From: a bacterium
GTDB lineage: Bacteria; JADJOY01
Length of the DNA stretch: 64,000 nt
Assembly (NCBI GenBank): GCA_046331705.1
Contig: JAXLQJ010000012.1
Coordinates: forward strand, 62,001-126,000
Reading direction: 5' to 3'
Shown: in pieces, positions 19,912 to 31,402 of the stretch
Layout: every line of letters starts with the position of its first letter
How positions within the stretch are numbered: the first letter of the stretch is position 1
Notes under the pieces: model-generated
The model's database searches: none
Told to the model about the DNA's origin: nothing
Seen by the model: the letters and a program-made list of their open reading frames with translations, nothing else
Made by a program: the position numbers and the translations under genes

Positions 19912-20586
19912 TCATGCCGCAGCTGCTGCGAGCCCGGTGGCCGCGACGCGCGGCCGCCACGCTTGCACCAGGTCGGGCCGCACCGCCAGCACCAGCGATA
20001 CCACCGCGCTCGTGATGAGCGCTTCGCCGATGCCGATGAGCACGTGGACGCCCGCCATCGCGGGTAGCGCGATCCGCAGCGGCAGCTTGCCGGAAAGCCC
20101 GAGCTCGACGGCGCAGGCTGCGGCGCCGGCGACCACCGCGCACCACGACGCCACCGCCACCGCCGCGAGGAAGGCCGAGCGGGTCTTGGGCAACACCGCG
20201 AGCAGGCTGCGAAACACCGCATACCCGCCCACGCCGCCCACGATTCCCATGTTGAAGACGTTGGTGCCGAGGGCCGTGATCCCTCCGTCGCCGAATCCCA
20301 GGCACTGAACGAGCAACACCAGGAAGAGGATGAGGCAGGCGTTCGCCGGCCCGAGCAGCACCGCGGCGAGCGTGGCTCCGAGGAAATGCCCGCTGGTGCC
20401 GCCCGCGATGGGGAAGTTGAGCATCTGTGCCGCGAACACGAACGCCGAGGTGACGCCCAAGAGCGGCACCTGGCGCTCTTCCAGCGTCCGGCGCGAGCGG
20501 GCCACGGACCACGCCACCGCCGCGCCCGAGAGGACGTAGGTGGCCGCGTTGATGGGGCCGCTCACGAGCCCGTCGGGAATGTGCAT
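19912..20586 (-). CDS. nikM: ECF Ni/Co transporter S component NikM/CbiM
   Basis: N-terminal MHIPDG, FAAQMLNFP, GTSGHFLG, FGDGGITALG, HVLIGIGE. Confidence 0.93.
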   Translation of the reverse strand: MHIPDGLVSGPINAATYVLSGAAVAWSVARSRRTLEERQVPLLGVTSAFVFAAQMLNFPIAGGTSGHFLGATLAAVLLGPANACLILFLVLLVQCLGFGDGGITALGTNVFNMGIVGGVGGYAVFRSLLAVLPKTRSAFLAAVAVASWCAVVAGAAACAVELGLSGKLPLRIALPAMAGVHVLIGIGEALITSAVVSLVLAVRPDLVQAWRPRVAATGLAAAAA

Positions 20587-20606
20587 GGCGTGCCTCGATC
20601 GCGCGC

Positions 20607-20633
20607 AGCATACGAGTGTAGCAATCGTATTAC
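20607..20633 (-). promoter_or_regulatory. Putative NikR operator
   Basis: Minus strand GTAATAC-N13-GTATGCT containing the inverted repeat ATACGA-N9-TCGTAT, 20 nt upstream of nikM and downstream of nikR. Confidence 0.7.
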
Positions 20634-20793
20634 GGACGAACCAAGGCACCGGATGATTCGACCGCGTCCGCGCCCGCCGCGGATTCGACCGCGAGGGAAC
20701 GCGGTCCTCCCGCGGTGGTGAAGGTGGCGCGCCCCTGGTTCCGCACGTCGTGCCCGTCTCCTCGACCTGCGCTTCCCGGTGGCGCTCGGGAGC

Positions 20794-21210
20794 TCAGGCG
20801 AGGTCGTGCCCGGTCGAGCTCATCGACAGCGCTGCGTGCAGCACGCCCTTCTGCTGGCGCAGCAGATCGGCGAGGCGGCGAATCTCGTCTGCGCGCCCGC
20901 GCATCAAGATCGTCTCCGCGCACAGATCCTCGTCCAGGTGGACGTGCGTCACGGCCAGCACCTTGGTGTGGTGATGGTGCTGGAGCTCCATGAGCTTCTG
21001 CGTGAGCTTTCGCTTGTGGTGGTTGTAGACCATCGTCACGGTGCCCACCGCATCGCGGTTGCCTTGCCACGACTCCTGCACCAGGCGCTCGCGGATCATG
21101 TCGCGGATGAACTCGGAGCGATTCGTGTAGCGACTCTTCTGGATGAGCTTCTCGAGGCGATCGAGCAAGGTGTCCTCGAGCGACATGCTCACGCGAACCA
21201 GCTTCGACAT
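20794..21210 (-). CDS. nikR: Nickel-responsive regulator NikR
   Basis: RHH N-terminus RVSMSL...YTNRSEFIRDMIR; YNHH, QHHHH, THVHLDEDLCAE. Confidence 0.95.
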   Translation of the reverse strand: MSKLVRVSMSLEDTLLDRLEKLIQKSRYTNRSEFIRDMIRERLVQESWQGNRDAVGTVTMVYNHHKRKLTQKLMELQHHHHTKVLAVTHVHLDEDLCAETILMRGRADEIRRLADLLRQQKGVLHAALSMSSTGHDLA

Positions 21211-21228
21211 GCCGTACCTCTCTTGCGC

Positions 21229-22395
21229 TCAGCGCGGGGCGCCGCAGCCATCTACCCGGGGGCGGCCCCCGCGCGCAAGCGTCGCGAGCGGTGCGCTGGG
21301 CGCATCCAGCGCGCCCCAACCGCGACTGGTCCGAATCGAGCCGTCCGGCGCCACCGCCAGCGCCTCGAAGCCCGGGTGCGCGTCCACCCAGGCGATCGCG
21401 CGCTCGGCGCCCATCACGAAGAGCCCGGTGGCGAGCGCGTCGGCGCGGGTACCGTCGCGCTCACTCACCAGCGTCACGGCCCGCGCGCCGCGCGCGGGAT
21501 GGCCGGTGCGAGGATCGAGCAGGTGGTGGTAGCGGACGCCGTCGCGCTCGAAGTACCGCTCGTAGTCGCCGCTGGTGTGCACGGATGCGTTGCACACGGC
21601 CACGGCGGCGAGCGCGGAATCCGCGTGATCGGGGTCGCGCACGGCGATCCGCGCCGGAGGCGCGGACGAGCCGGGGGCGCGAAAGACCGCGAGATCGCCA
21701 CCGGCGTTCACGAGGCCCTCGCTCGCGCCCGCCGCTTCGAGCACCTCGACCGCGCGGTCCACCGCGTAGCCCTTGGCCACGCCGCCCAGACCGATCTGGG
21801 TGGCGCGATCGACGAGCCGCACCGTGCTCGCCGCGCGGTCGATGGCGATCTTGGTGAAGCCCACGTGCGGCAACGCCGCGCGAAGCTCCTCGTCGCTCGC
21901 GATGCCCTCGCTCTCCGCGGAAAACGACCAGAGCTTGCCCACCGTGCGGTAGCTGACGTCGAAGGCACCGTCGGTCTCGCGGCTCACGGCGTTGGCGCGA
22001 TCGAGCACGTCGATCACCTCCCGCGCGACCGGGATGGGCGCGCCGCCGGCGCGCTCGTTGATCTCCCAGACCGCCCCGCCGGGGCGCCAGTCGGTGAAGA
22101 CGGACTCGATTCGCGCGATCTCGTCGAAGGCGCGCTCGCTGGCGTCGATCAGGCGTTCGCGATCGAGCCCGCCCACCACGATCTCGATCTCCGTGCCCAT
22201 GAGGTAGCGACCGCGGGCGAGCGTGGCGCGCGCCGATCCGGTGGCTGGCGTGGCCGTGTCGCTCGCGCGCCCGCTCGGCGCGACGCAACCGATCGCGGCG
22301 CCGAGGGCCAGCCACGCGACCAGCAACGCCGCGCCGGTGCCGGCACGCGGCACCGCCGGTCTCGGTTGATGCTCGCGGGACACGGGTGACATCAT
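21229..22395 (-). CDS. apbE: FAD:protein FMN transferase ApbE (lipoprotein)
   Basis: MGT, GAFDV, LGGVAKGYAVD, VNAGGD, TSGDYERYF, YHHLLDPRTG, ADALAT; lipobox AIGC. Confidence 0.93.
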   Translation of the reverse strand: MMSPVSREHQPRPAVPRAGTGAALLVAWLALGAAIGCVAPSGRASDTATPATGSARATLARGRYLMGTEIEIVVGGLDRERLIDASERAFDEIARIESVFTDWRPGGAVWEINERAGGAPIPVAREVIDVLDRANAVSRETDGAFDVSYRTVGKLWSFSAESEGIASDEELRAALPHVGFTKIAIDRAASTVRLVDRATQIGLGGVAKGYAVDRAVEVLEAAGASEGLVNAGGDLAVFRAPGSSAPPARIAVRDPDHADSALAAVAVCNASVHTSGDYERYFERDGVRYHHLLDPRTGHPARGARAVTLVSERDGTRADALATGLFVMGAERAIAWVDAHPGFEALAVAPDGSIRTSRGWGALDAPSAPLATLARGGRPRVDGCGAPR

Positions 22396-22444
22396 GATGG
22401 AGCCTTCGTGGTCGTCCCTCTCGAACCCAAGTGGCGGTATCCCC

Positions 22445-23761
22445 ATGTGGTCGGTTCAGCTCCCGCGCTTCGTCGAACGCATCGATTCATCGTCGGCGTC
22501 GAGCTCCGTCGAAAAGCGTCGGCGTCGCCGCGTGGTCGTTGGTTCGCGCGCGCCGCTGGTGCCGTTGGCATGCGCCGCGCTCGGCCTGGCGAGCCCGCTC
22601 TCGGCTCGCGCCGCGACCATTCCCGTGCCCTCGGGCCAGCCGACGATCCAGGCGGGCATCGACGCCGCGACCAACGGCGACACGGTGCTGGTCGCTCCTG
22701 GAACCTACTACGAGAATCTCGACTTCAAGGGCAAGGCCATCACCGTCACCAGCTCGGGCGGCGCCGCCGTCACCAAGGTGCAAGGCGGGATGGTCTCGCC
22801 CGTGGTTCAGTTCGTGACCGGTGAGACCACCGCGAGCGTGATCTCCGGCTTCACGCTGACGCGCGGCTTGGCGCGCAACGTGAACAACTCGTCCACCGAC
22901 GACGCCGGCGGCGGGATCTCGATCAAGAACGCTTCGCCCACGATCACCAACAACGTCATCACCGACAACTTCGGCGGACATTCCTTCGGCGGCGGCATCG
23001 GCTTCGAGAGCAGCAACGCGGTGATCACGAACAACACCATCTCGAAGAACATCTCGGTGGGCGGTGGCATCGGCGGGACGCAGGGCTCGCCGGTCGTGCG
23101 CGACAACGTGATCGAGGACAACGTCGGCGCGATCCTGGGTGGCGGCGTGAGCTGCATCGCGTGCCCGACCATCACCATCACGGGGAACACCATCCGGCGG
23201 AACCGGAACTTCCAGGGCGGCGGCATCGGCGTCCAGGCCGCGTCCGCGGGCGTGATCGCCAACAACGTGATCGCCAGCAACGCAGGTGAGCTCGAAGGCG
23301 GCGGCATTCTCGTCAGCGGCAGCACCGGCATCGTCGTGGCCAACAACACCCTCGTCGCCAATCGCAGCCCCAACGGTGGCGGGATCTTCCTGTACCAGTC
23401 GCCGGCGACGGTCGTGAACAACGTCGTGACGCTCAACACCTCGACGCGACACGGCGCGGGGATCGGTTGTCGCGACAGCAGCGGTGCCACGATCACGTTC
23501 AACGATTTCTTCTCGAACACGAGCGAGACGTCGTACGGGTGCGCGCCAGGCGGTGGAACGCTCGGCGTCGATCCGCTGTTCGTGAACGCGGCGGCGGGCG
23601 ACTACCATCTGCAAGCGGGCTCGCCCCTCGTCGACGCCGGCACCAACGCCGTGAGCGGCCTGCCGGCCACCGACCTCGACGGCCAGCAGCGGATCCAGGA
23701 CGGCAACGGCGATCTCAACGCCGTGATCGACATCGGCGCCGACGAGGTTCCGGGCAGCTGA
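22445..23761 (+). CDS. Secreted right-handed parallel beta-helix protein
   Basis: PTIQAGIDAA..GDTVLVAPGTYYEN, repeated GGGI/ITNNVI units, C-terminal DPLFV..DYHLQAGSP..DIGADE. Confidence 0.85.
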   Translation: MWSVQLPRFVERIDSSSASSSVEKRRRRRVVVGSRAPLVPLACAALGLASPLSARAATIPVPSGQPTIQAGIDAATNGDTVLVAPGTYYENLDFKGKAITVTSSGGAAVTKVQGGMVSPVVQFVTGETTASVISGFTLTRGLARNVNNSSTDDAGGGISIKNASPTITNNVITDNFGGHSFGGGIGFESSNAVITNNTISKNISVGGGIGGTQGSPVVRDNVIEDNVGAILGGGVSCIACPTITITGNTIRRNRNFQGGGIGVQAASAGVIANNVIASNAGELEGGGILVSGSTGIVVANNTLVANRSPNGGGIFLYQSPATVVNNVVTLNTSTRHGAGIGCRDSSGATITFNDFFSNTSETSYGCAPGGGTLGVDPLFVNAAAGDYHLQAGSPLVDAGTNAVSGLPATDLDGQQRIQDGNGDLNAVIDIGADEVPGS

Positions 23762-23830
23762 CGACGCCGGGTGGCTCGGCGTTCCGTTCGTCCGGAGATG
23801 GGCGCGTTTCGCGCCTAGCTCAGGACGGGC

Positions 23831-26353
<2,523 letters not shown>

Positions 26354-26455
26354 GGGATTGCTGTTTGCGTTGGAGAGCCGCTGTGATTTCGCGCACGGAA
26401 GAGCGTCGTTCGAGCGTACCATCGCGTTCCGAAACGCCGCAAAGGAGGTCGGTTC

Positions 26456-26839
26456 GTGACGACGTGGAAGAAGGTGGCTCCCGAGCTGACGGCGCTCTTC
26501 GATTCTTGCCTGCCGCACGGGCTCGGTGTGGAGCGGCGCCAGATGTTCGGCTGCCCAGCGGCGTTCGTGAACGGCAACATGTTCGCCTGCACCCACGAGA
26601 CGCGCCTCGTCGTCCGACTGCCGGCGGCGGAGCGCGAGCGCCTCGTGCGCGAACCCGGCGCTGGCCCCTTCGTGGTCCTCGGCCGCACCATGCGCGAGTA
26701 CGCCGCCATCGAGAACCCGCTCGAGCGCTCACCGGAAGAGCTCACCGCCTGGATCGCGAGCGCCCTCGCTCACGCCAGCGGCATGCCTCCCAAGTCCCCC
26801 AAGCCACGCGGCCAGAAGCCGCGCGCGAAGCGACGTTGA
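26456..26839 (+). CDS. TfoX/Sxy N-terminal-domain family protein
   Basis: RRQMFGCPAAFVNGNMF...MREY...W...PPK; AAGGAGG upstream. Confidence 0.85.
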   Translation: MTTWKKVAPELTALFDSCLPHGLGVERRQMFGCPAAFVNGNMFACTHETRLVVRLPAAERERLVREPGAGPFVVLGRTMREYAAIENPLERSPEELTAWIASALAHASGMPPKSPKPRGQKPRAKRR

Positions 26840-26937
26840 ACGCGCGGCGAGGGTGGAATCGACGCAGCCCAAGCGCGCTACGGGTGTGGGGTTCTCGGAC
26901 GCCCCGCCATGACGGCCGTGCTCGTCGAATCGCGCGT

Positions 26938-27414
26938 GTGGCGATCCTGGCGGGGGCATTCGTGGTCGTCGGGTTCCTGCCGTGTTGTGCCTCGCAGCGA
27001 GGGCTCTCGCCGTCGACGCAGCCCTGCTCGCTGCCGCCGCTGGTGGACACCTCGGGTTGGGTGCGGGTTGGTGGGATGACGCTGCCTCCGGATTTCCAGC
27101 CCGCGGAATGCCAAGCGGACGAATGCGAGACCTGGGCGGGGGACGATCGACCCGCGGGTCCCATCCTCTCGATCGATCGCGGCGAATTCACTGCCGAGTC
27201 GTTCGCGGGATACGAGGCGTGCGCGCTGACCGTGAACGACCGCCGAGCGCTGTTCTTCGCGGGATCGGATCCCTGGGGGCGGCCACGCGTGGCGCTCTGG
27301 TTCTACGACGGCGACGGATCGACGACGCTGCTCTACACCGTCCGCTTCGAGCGGCCGAACGACACCCCGTTCGCGCGCACCCTCTTGCTTTGCGCTGCCG
27401 GGGCTCCGTGTTGA
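26938..27414 (+). CDS. Hypothetical exported protein/lipoprotein (start uncertain)
   Basis: Hydrophobic N-terminal stretch ending in Cys, then protein-like sequence; fills the gap between co-oriented genes. Confidence 0.45.
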   Translation: MAILAGAFVVVGFLPCCASQRGLSPSTQPCSLPPLVDTSGWVRVGGMTLPPDFQPAECQADECETWAGDDRPAGPILSIDRGEFTAESFAGYEACALTVNDRRALFFAGSDPWGRPRVALWFYDGDGSTTLLYTVRFERPNDTPFARTLLLCAAGAPC

Positions 27415-27457
27415 TGCGCCATTCCTCAGGCGCGTCTCGAGAGGGCGGACGACCGGC

Positions 27458-29413
27458 ATGAGGCCGAGAGAGCTGACGCCGCGTGGGCTGGTGCTGGGTG
27501 CGCTGATCACCACCGTGTTCACGGCGGCGAACGTCTATCTGGGGCTCAAGGTGGGGCTCACGTTCGCGTCGTCGATCCCGGCGGCGGTGATCTCGATGGC
27601 GGTGCTGAGCGCGGTTCGCGACTCGTCGATCCTCGAGAACAACATCGTGCAGACGGTGGCGTCGGCGGCGGGGACGCTCTCGGCGATCATCTTCGTCCTG
27701 CCCGGTCTGGTGATCGTCGGCTGGTGGACCGCCTTTCCCTTCTGGGCCTCGTTCCTGATCTGTCTGAGCGGCGGTGTCCTCGGCGTGCTGTTCACGATCC
27801 CGCTTCGCCGCGCCCTCGTCACCCATTCCGAGCTGCCCTATCCGGAGGGGGTCGCAGCGGCGGAGGTGCTGAAGGTGGGCGCGGGCAGCCGCGGCGAGAT
27901 CGAGGGCGCCGCGGGCGAGGCGAAGGAGGGCTTGATCGCGGTCGGGCTCGGGGCCGCGGCATCCGGGGGGCTCGCGATCGTGACGGCCACGCGCATCGCC
28001 GCTCAGGAGGTCGCCGGCTTCTTCCGCGTCGGCGGCACCGGCTCGAGCGGCTTCGACGTCGCGTGGTCGCTCGCGCTGCTCGGCGCGGGCCACCTGGTGG
28101 GGCTGTCGGTGGGCATGGCGATGCTGCTCGGTCTGGTGATCGCATGGGGTGTGGCGGTGCCGGTCCTGACGTCGTTGATGCCCGCCGCGCCGGGAGTGGA
28201 GCTCGCCACGCACACGTTGACGATCTGGCGCACGCAGGTGCGGTTCCTGGGCGCGGGCGCCATCGCCGTGGCGGCGGTCCACGCGCTCGCGATGCTGGCG
28301 AGGCCGGTGCTCGGCGGCCTCGCGAGCACGTTGGCGGCATCCGCGTCGACGCACCCACGCGACGATCGCGACCGGGATCTCGCGCCGCGCTGGATCGCGC
28401 TGCTCGTGGCGGCGTGCGTGGGCATCGCTGGCATGCTTGCCTTCTCGTTCGCTCGCGCGACGGTCCTCGCGCCGTACGCGGCGACGCTCACGGGCATCGC
28501 GGTGCTGTTCGTGCTCGCGGGCGGGTTCGCGATCGCGGGAGTGTGCGGCTACATGGCCGGGCTGATCGGTGCGTCGAACAGCCCGATCTCGGGTGTGGGC
28601 ATCCTGTCGATCGTGCTCTGCGCGTCCGCGCTGCTGCTCGCGGTGCCGCCCGCCCCCGAGACGCGCGCCGCGCTGGTGGCCTTCGCGCTCTTCGTGACGG
28701 CCATCGTGTTCGCGTGCGCCACGATCTCGAACGACAACCTGCAGGACCTGAAGACGGGTCAGCTCGTCGGCGCCTCGCCGCTGCGGCAGCAAGTGGCGCT
28801 CATCGTGGGCGTGGGCGCCGGCGCGGTGGTGATCCCGCCGGTGCTCAACCTGCTCGCCAGGGCGTACGGCTTCGCGGGGGCCGCGAACCTGGACGTGGTG
28901 GCGCCGAATCCACTGCCGGCGCCGCAGGCCACGCTGATCGCGGCACTGGCCCAAGGGGTGATCGGCGGCAGTCTCGAATGGAGGATGATCGGGCTCGGGG
29001 GGGTGGTGGGCGTGGGGCTGATCGCGCTCGATGCCGCGCTCGGCGCCTCCCGACGGCTTCGCATCCCGCCGCTCGCCGTCGGGATCGGCATCTATCTGCC
29101 GATGTCGGCGACCTTCGCGGTGGTGGTCGGCGCGGTGCTCTCGCGCTTCCATGCCCGCAGCGTGCGCCGCTTCGCGAATCCGGGGCGCGCCGAGCGGCTC
29201 GGCACGCTGGTCGCGTCGGGGCTGATCGTCGGCGAGAGCCTCTGGGGCGTGCTCAACGCGGCACTGATCGTCGGGTTCGCGAACGAGGCGCCGCTGGCAC
29301 TGGTGCCCGAGGATTTCGTGCTCGGGCCGTGGCTGGGGGCCTTGGGGTTCGTCGCGGCGATCGTCGGGCTCTACGGCTGGATGCTGCGCCGCGGCGCCGC
29401 GGGCTCGCCGTGA
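27458..29413 (+). CDS. OPT-family oligopeptide transporter
   Basis: RELTPRG, NVYLGLKVGLTFASSIPAAVIS, ENNIVQT, LPYPEG, SNSPISG, NLQDLKTG, LPAPQA. Confidence 0.95.
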   Translation: MRPRELTPRGLVLGALITTVFTAANVYLGLKVGLTFASSIPAAVISMAVLSAVRDSSILENNIVQTVASAAGTLSAIIFVLPGLVIVGWWTAFPFWASFLICLSGGVLGVLFTIPLRRALVTHSELPYPEGVAAAEVLKVGAGSRGEIEGAAGEAKEGLIAVGLGAAASGGLAIVTATRIAAQEVAGFFRVGGTGSSGFDVAWSLALLGAGHLVGLSVGMAMLLGLVIAWGVAVPVLTSLMPAAPGVELATHTLTIWRTQVRFLGAGAIAVAAVHALAMLARPVLGGLASTLAASASTHPRDDRDRDLAPRWIALLVAACVGIAGMLAFSFARATVLAPYAATLTGIAVLFVLAGGFAIAGVCGYMAGLIGASNSPISGVGILSIVLCASALLLAVPPAPETRAALVAFALFVTAIVFACATISNDNLQDLKTGQLVGASPLRQQVALIVGVGAGAVVIPPVLNLLARAYGFAGAANLDVVAPNPLPAPQATLIAALAQGVIGGSLEWRMIGLGGVVGVGLIALDAALGASRRLRIPPLAVGIGIYLPMSATFAVVVGAVLSRFHARSVRRFANPGRAERLGTLVASGLIVGESLWGVLNAALIVGFANEAPLALVPEDFVLGPWLGALGFVAAIVGLYGWMLRRGAAGSP

Positions 29414-29519
29414 GCGTGTCGGCGCCGCGCCCGCGCGCCGTGCGCGAGGATGGCTTACGATCTCGGTCCCGGAACGAGGATCATCCACGCTCGCGATTCG
29501 TCGAGCGTCGAGGAGCGCG

Positions 29520-30659
29520 GTGATGGCGAAAGCCAAGACGGTCCATCCTGCTACCCCGAAGCGAGCCAGCCGCGACCCGCGCGGAGCCGCGGCCAGCGGC
29601 ACCGGCACCTCCGCCGTCCCCGGCGGGGGCAAGCGCTCGGGCGCGGCTTCGCCGAGCGCGCTCGTCGCGAAGCTGACGGCGAAGACCAGCGCCACGCGCA
29701 CGGCGGGGCTCGCCATGCTGGTGGATTTCGTGCTCGATCAGCCGGCGAGGTCGTTCATCGACGCGCCGCGGCTTTCCGGCTGGGTCACCCAGGCGCTCAC
29801 GGCCGAGAATGCGGCACGCGTCGTCGACGAGCACGTCCAGCCCGCGTGGAAGCGTCACGTCGCGCGCGCCAAGAAGTCCCGGGCCAAGGCCGGCGACCTC
29901 GTCACCGTGGAGGCGCGCCAGGCGCTGGAGCGAATCCTCACGCAGCACCCGGGACCGCGCACGCGCTGGGCGGACGACGCCGTGGACCCGCGGCTGCTGG
30001 CGCTGCTGCTGGCGCCGGTGCTCGAGGAGCTGTTGCTCAAGCTCGCGCGCCGGCTGCCGGTCTTCGGCGGTGCCACCGCGGATTTCGTCGCCGGTGGACG
30101 CGGCAAAGGCGCGATGGGGCTGGGCGGGATGCTGCGTGCGACCGTCGAGAAGCGCGCCGGCCAGTTCATGGAAGCCGGGCGCGCGGTGCTGGGCGGGCTG
30201 GGGGTCGACATCGAGCACCAGATCCGCGTCGCGGCGGCGGAGCTGGGCCAGGCCGCCACCGACGAGCTGCGCGAGGCGTTCACCGCGCGCCTCAAGAGCA
30301 AGGAAGGTCGGGCGATTCTGGCCAAGATCCAGAGCAAGGCGATCTCGCACGTGCTCGAGACGTCGGTGGCCGAGATCTCCGCCACCGTGGAGCCGATCCC
30401 CTGGGCGGACGTGAAGAAGCTGGCGGCGGCGTTCGCCGAGCACGCCCGCGGCACGGCGCGATTCGCGGCCGTGCTGCGCGAGGAGATCGCCGCGGCGTTG
30501 GCGGTGGTCGGCGCGCGAAGCGTGGGCGAGCTGCTCGAGGAGGCGGGCTTGCGCGATCGGGTGCGCGCCGACTTGCTGGCGCAGGGCGAGCCGATCGCCA
30601 AGCGCTTCTTCGCCGCGCCCGCATTCGCGCACTGGCTCGGCGAGCTGCTCGCGGATTGA
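29520..30659 (+). CDS. Hypothetical helical protein
   Basis: 379-aa ORF with AGGAG upstream; no family recognised. Confidence 0.65.
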   Translation: MMAKAKTVHPATPKRASRDPRGAAASGTGTSAVPGGGKRSGAASPSALVAKLTAKTSATRTAGLAMLVDFVLDQPARSFIDAPRLSGWVTQALTAENAARVVDEHVQPAWKRHVARAKKSRAKAGDLVTVEARQALERILTQHPGPRTRWADDAVDPRLLALLLAPVLEELLLKLARRLPVFGGATADFVAGGRGKGAMGLGGMLRATVEKRAGQFMEAGRAVLGGLGVDIEHQIRVAAAELGQAATDELREAFTARLKSKEGRAILAKIQSKAISHVLETSVAEISATVEPIPWADVKKLAAAFAEHARGTARFAAVLREEIAAALAVVGARSVGELLEEAGLRDRVRADLLAQGEPIAKRFFAAPAFAHWLGELLAD

Positions 30660-30821
30660 CCCCGCGAGCGCTCTCGATGACGGGGAGAGCCCGCGGTCGA
30701 CGCCCGCGAGCGGGCCCGGCGCCGGCGGAAAACGGCAGTCGAGCCACTCAAGCATTTGACGTTGGCTCGCATTTGAAGCCGCCGCATCTCGAAAAGTCGC
30801 CTCATTTCAGCGGATTCGTCG

Positions 30822-30838
30822 TGGGCGTCCGAATTGCA
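30822..30838 (+). promoter_or_regulatory. Possible sigma54 promoter of the pilin gene
   Basis: TGGGCGTCCGAATTGCA, GG-N10-GC with TTGCA; weak -24 element. Confidence 0.4.
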
Positions 30839-30885
30839 GTGTCGACTCCCGCGTGCGTCATCGCGGCGCCGCAGGGAGGTTGCGC

Positions 30886-31347
30886 ATGGCGGTTCGACGT
30901 CGCCCGATTCAGTCGCGTTCGGCAGGCTTCACGATCATCGAGCTCCTGGTCGTGATCGCCATCATCGGGATCCTCACCGCCATCGCCGCGCCGCAGCTGC
31001 TGGGCACCCGCGAGAAAGCGCGCCACGGCGCGTGCGAGACCGCGCGTCACGCGATGGACAGCGAGCTGATCCATCGCATGGAGGAATTCGAGCGGCGCGG
31101 CGACGTCAACGCCGCGCAGCGCGCCATCGACGAGGTCGTGGCCTTCACCACCACCAACGGCGCGCAAAACCCCCGCAATCTCAATCAGGTGGGCTACGTG
31201 GCGGGCTCGTACTCGGTGCCGACGGTCGACGGTTCCTGCCAGGTGTTCCTGTACGACGACTCGGTGAGCGGGACTCCCGTGACTCCGGCGATCGTCGTGG
31301 CGCAATACGAAGGAACGATCCACACGTTCCGGATCACGCTCAACTGA
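30886..31347 (+). CDS. Type IV pilin / pseudopilin
   Basis: Basic leader, G|FTIIELLVVIAIIGILTAIAAP prepilin cleavage/methylation motif; GGGAGG RBS. Confidence 0.9.
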   Translation: MAVRRRPIQSRSAGFTIIELLVVIAIIGILTAIAAPQLLGTREKARHGACETARHAMDSELIHRMEEFERRGDVNAAQRAIDEVVAFTTTNGAQNPRNLNQVGYVAGSYSVPTVDGSCQVFLYDDSVSGTPVTPAIVVAQYEGTIHTFRITLN

Positions 31348-31402
31348 CCGCGCGCGGCGTGCCCGACCTCCGAACCCGAACGCCCGCACGCCGGAGAAGC
31401 CC

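Noticed and set aside
20655-20695. Direct repeat GATTCGACCGCG twice between nikR and nikM
   Set aside because: Only two short GC-rich copies; no function supportable; no cobalamin riboswitch core recognised
22390-22399. Perfect palindrome CATCATGATG giving double ATGs on both strands
   Set aside because: The beta-helix gene more plausibly starts at 22445 or later; a 10-bp palindrome can arise by chance
30761-30777. TTGGCTCGCATTTGAA as sigma54 promoter
   Set aside because: Spacing is one base short of GG-N10-GC and the -12 GC is missing
30886-31347. Geobacter-type conductive e-pilin
   Set aside because: Mature pilin is about 140 aa, not the truncated type, and is not evidently aromatic-dense
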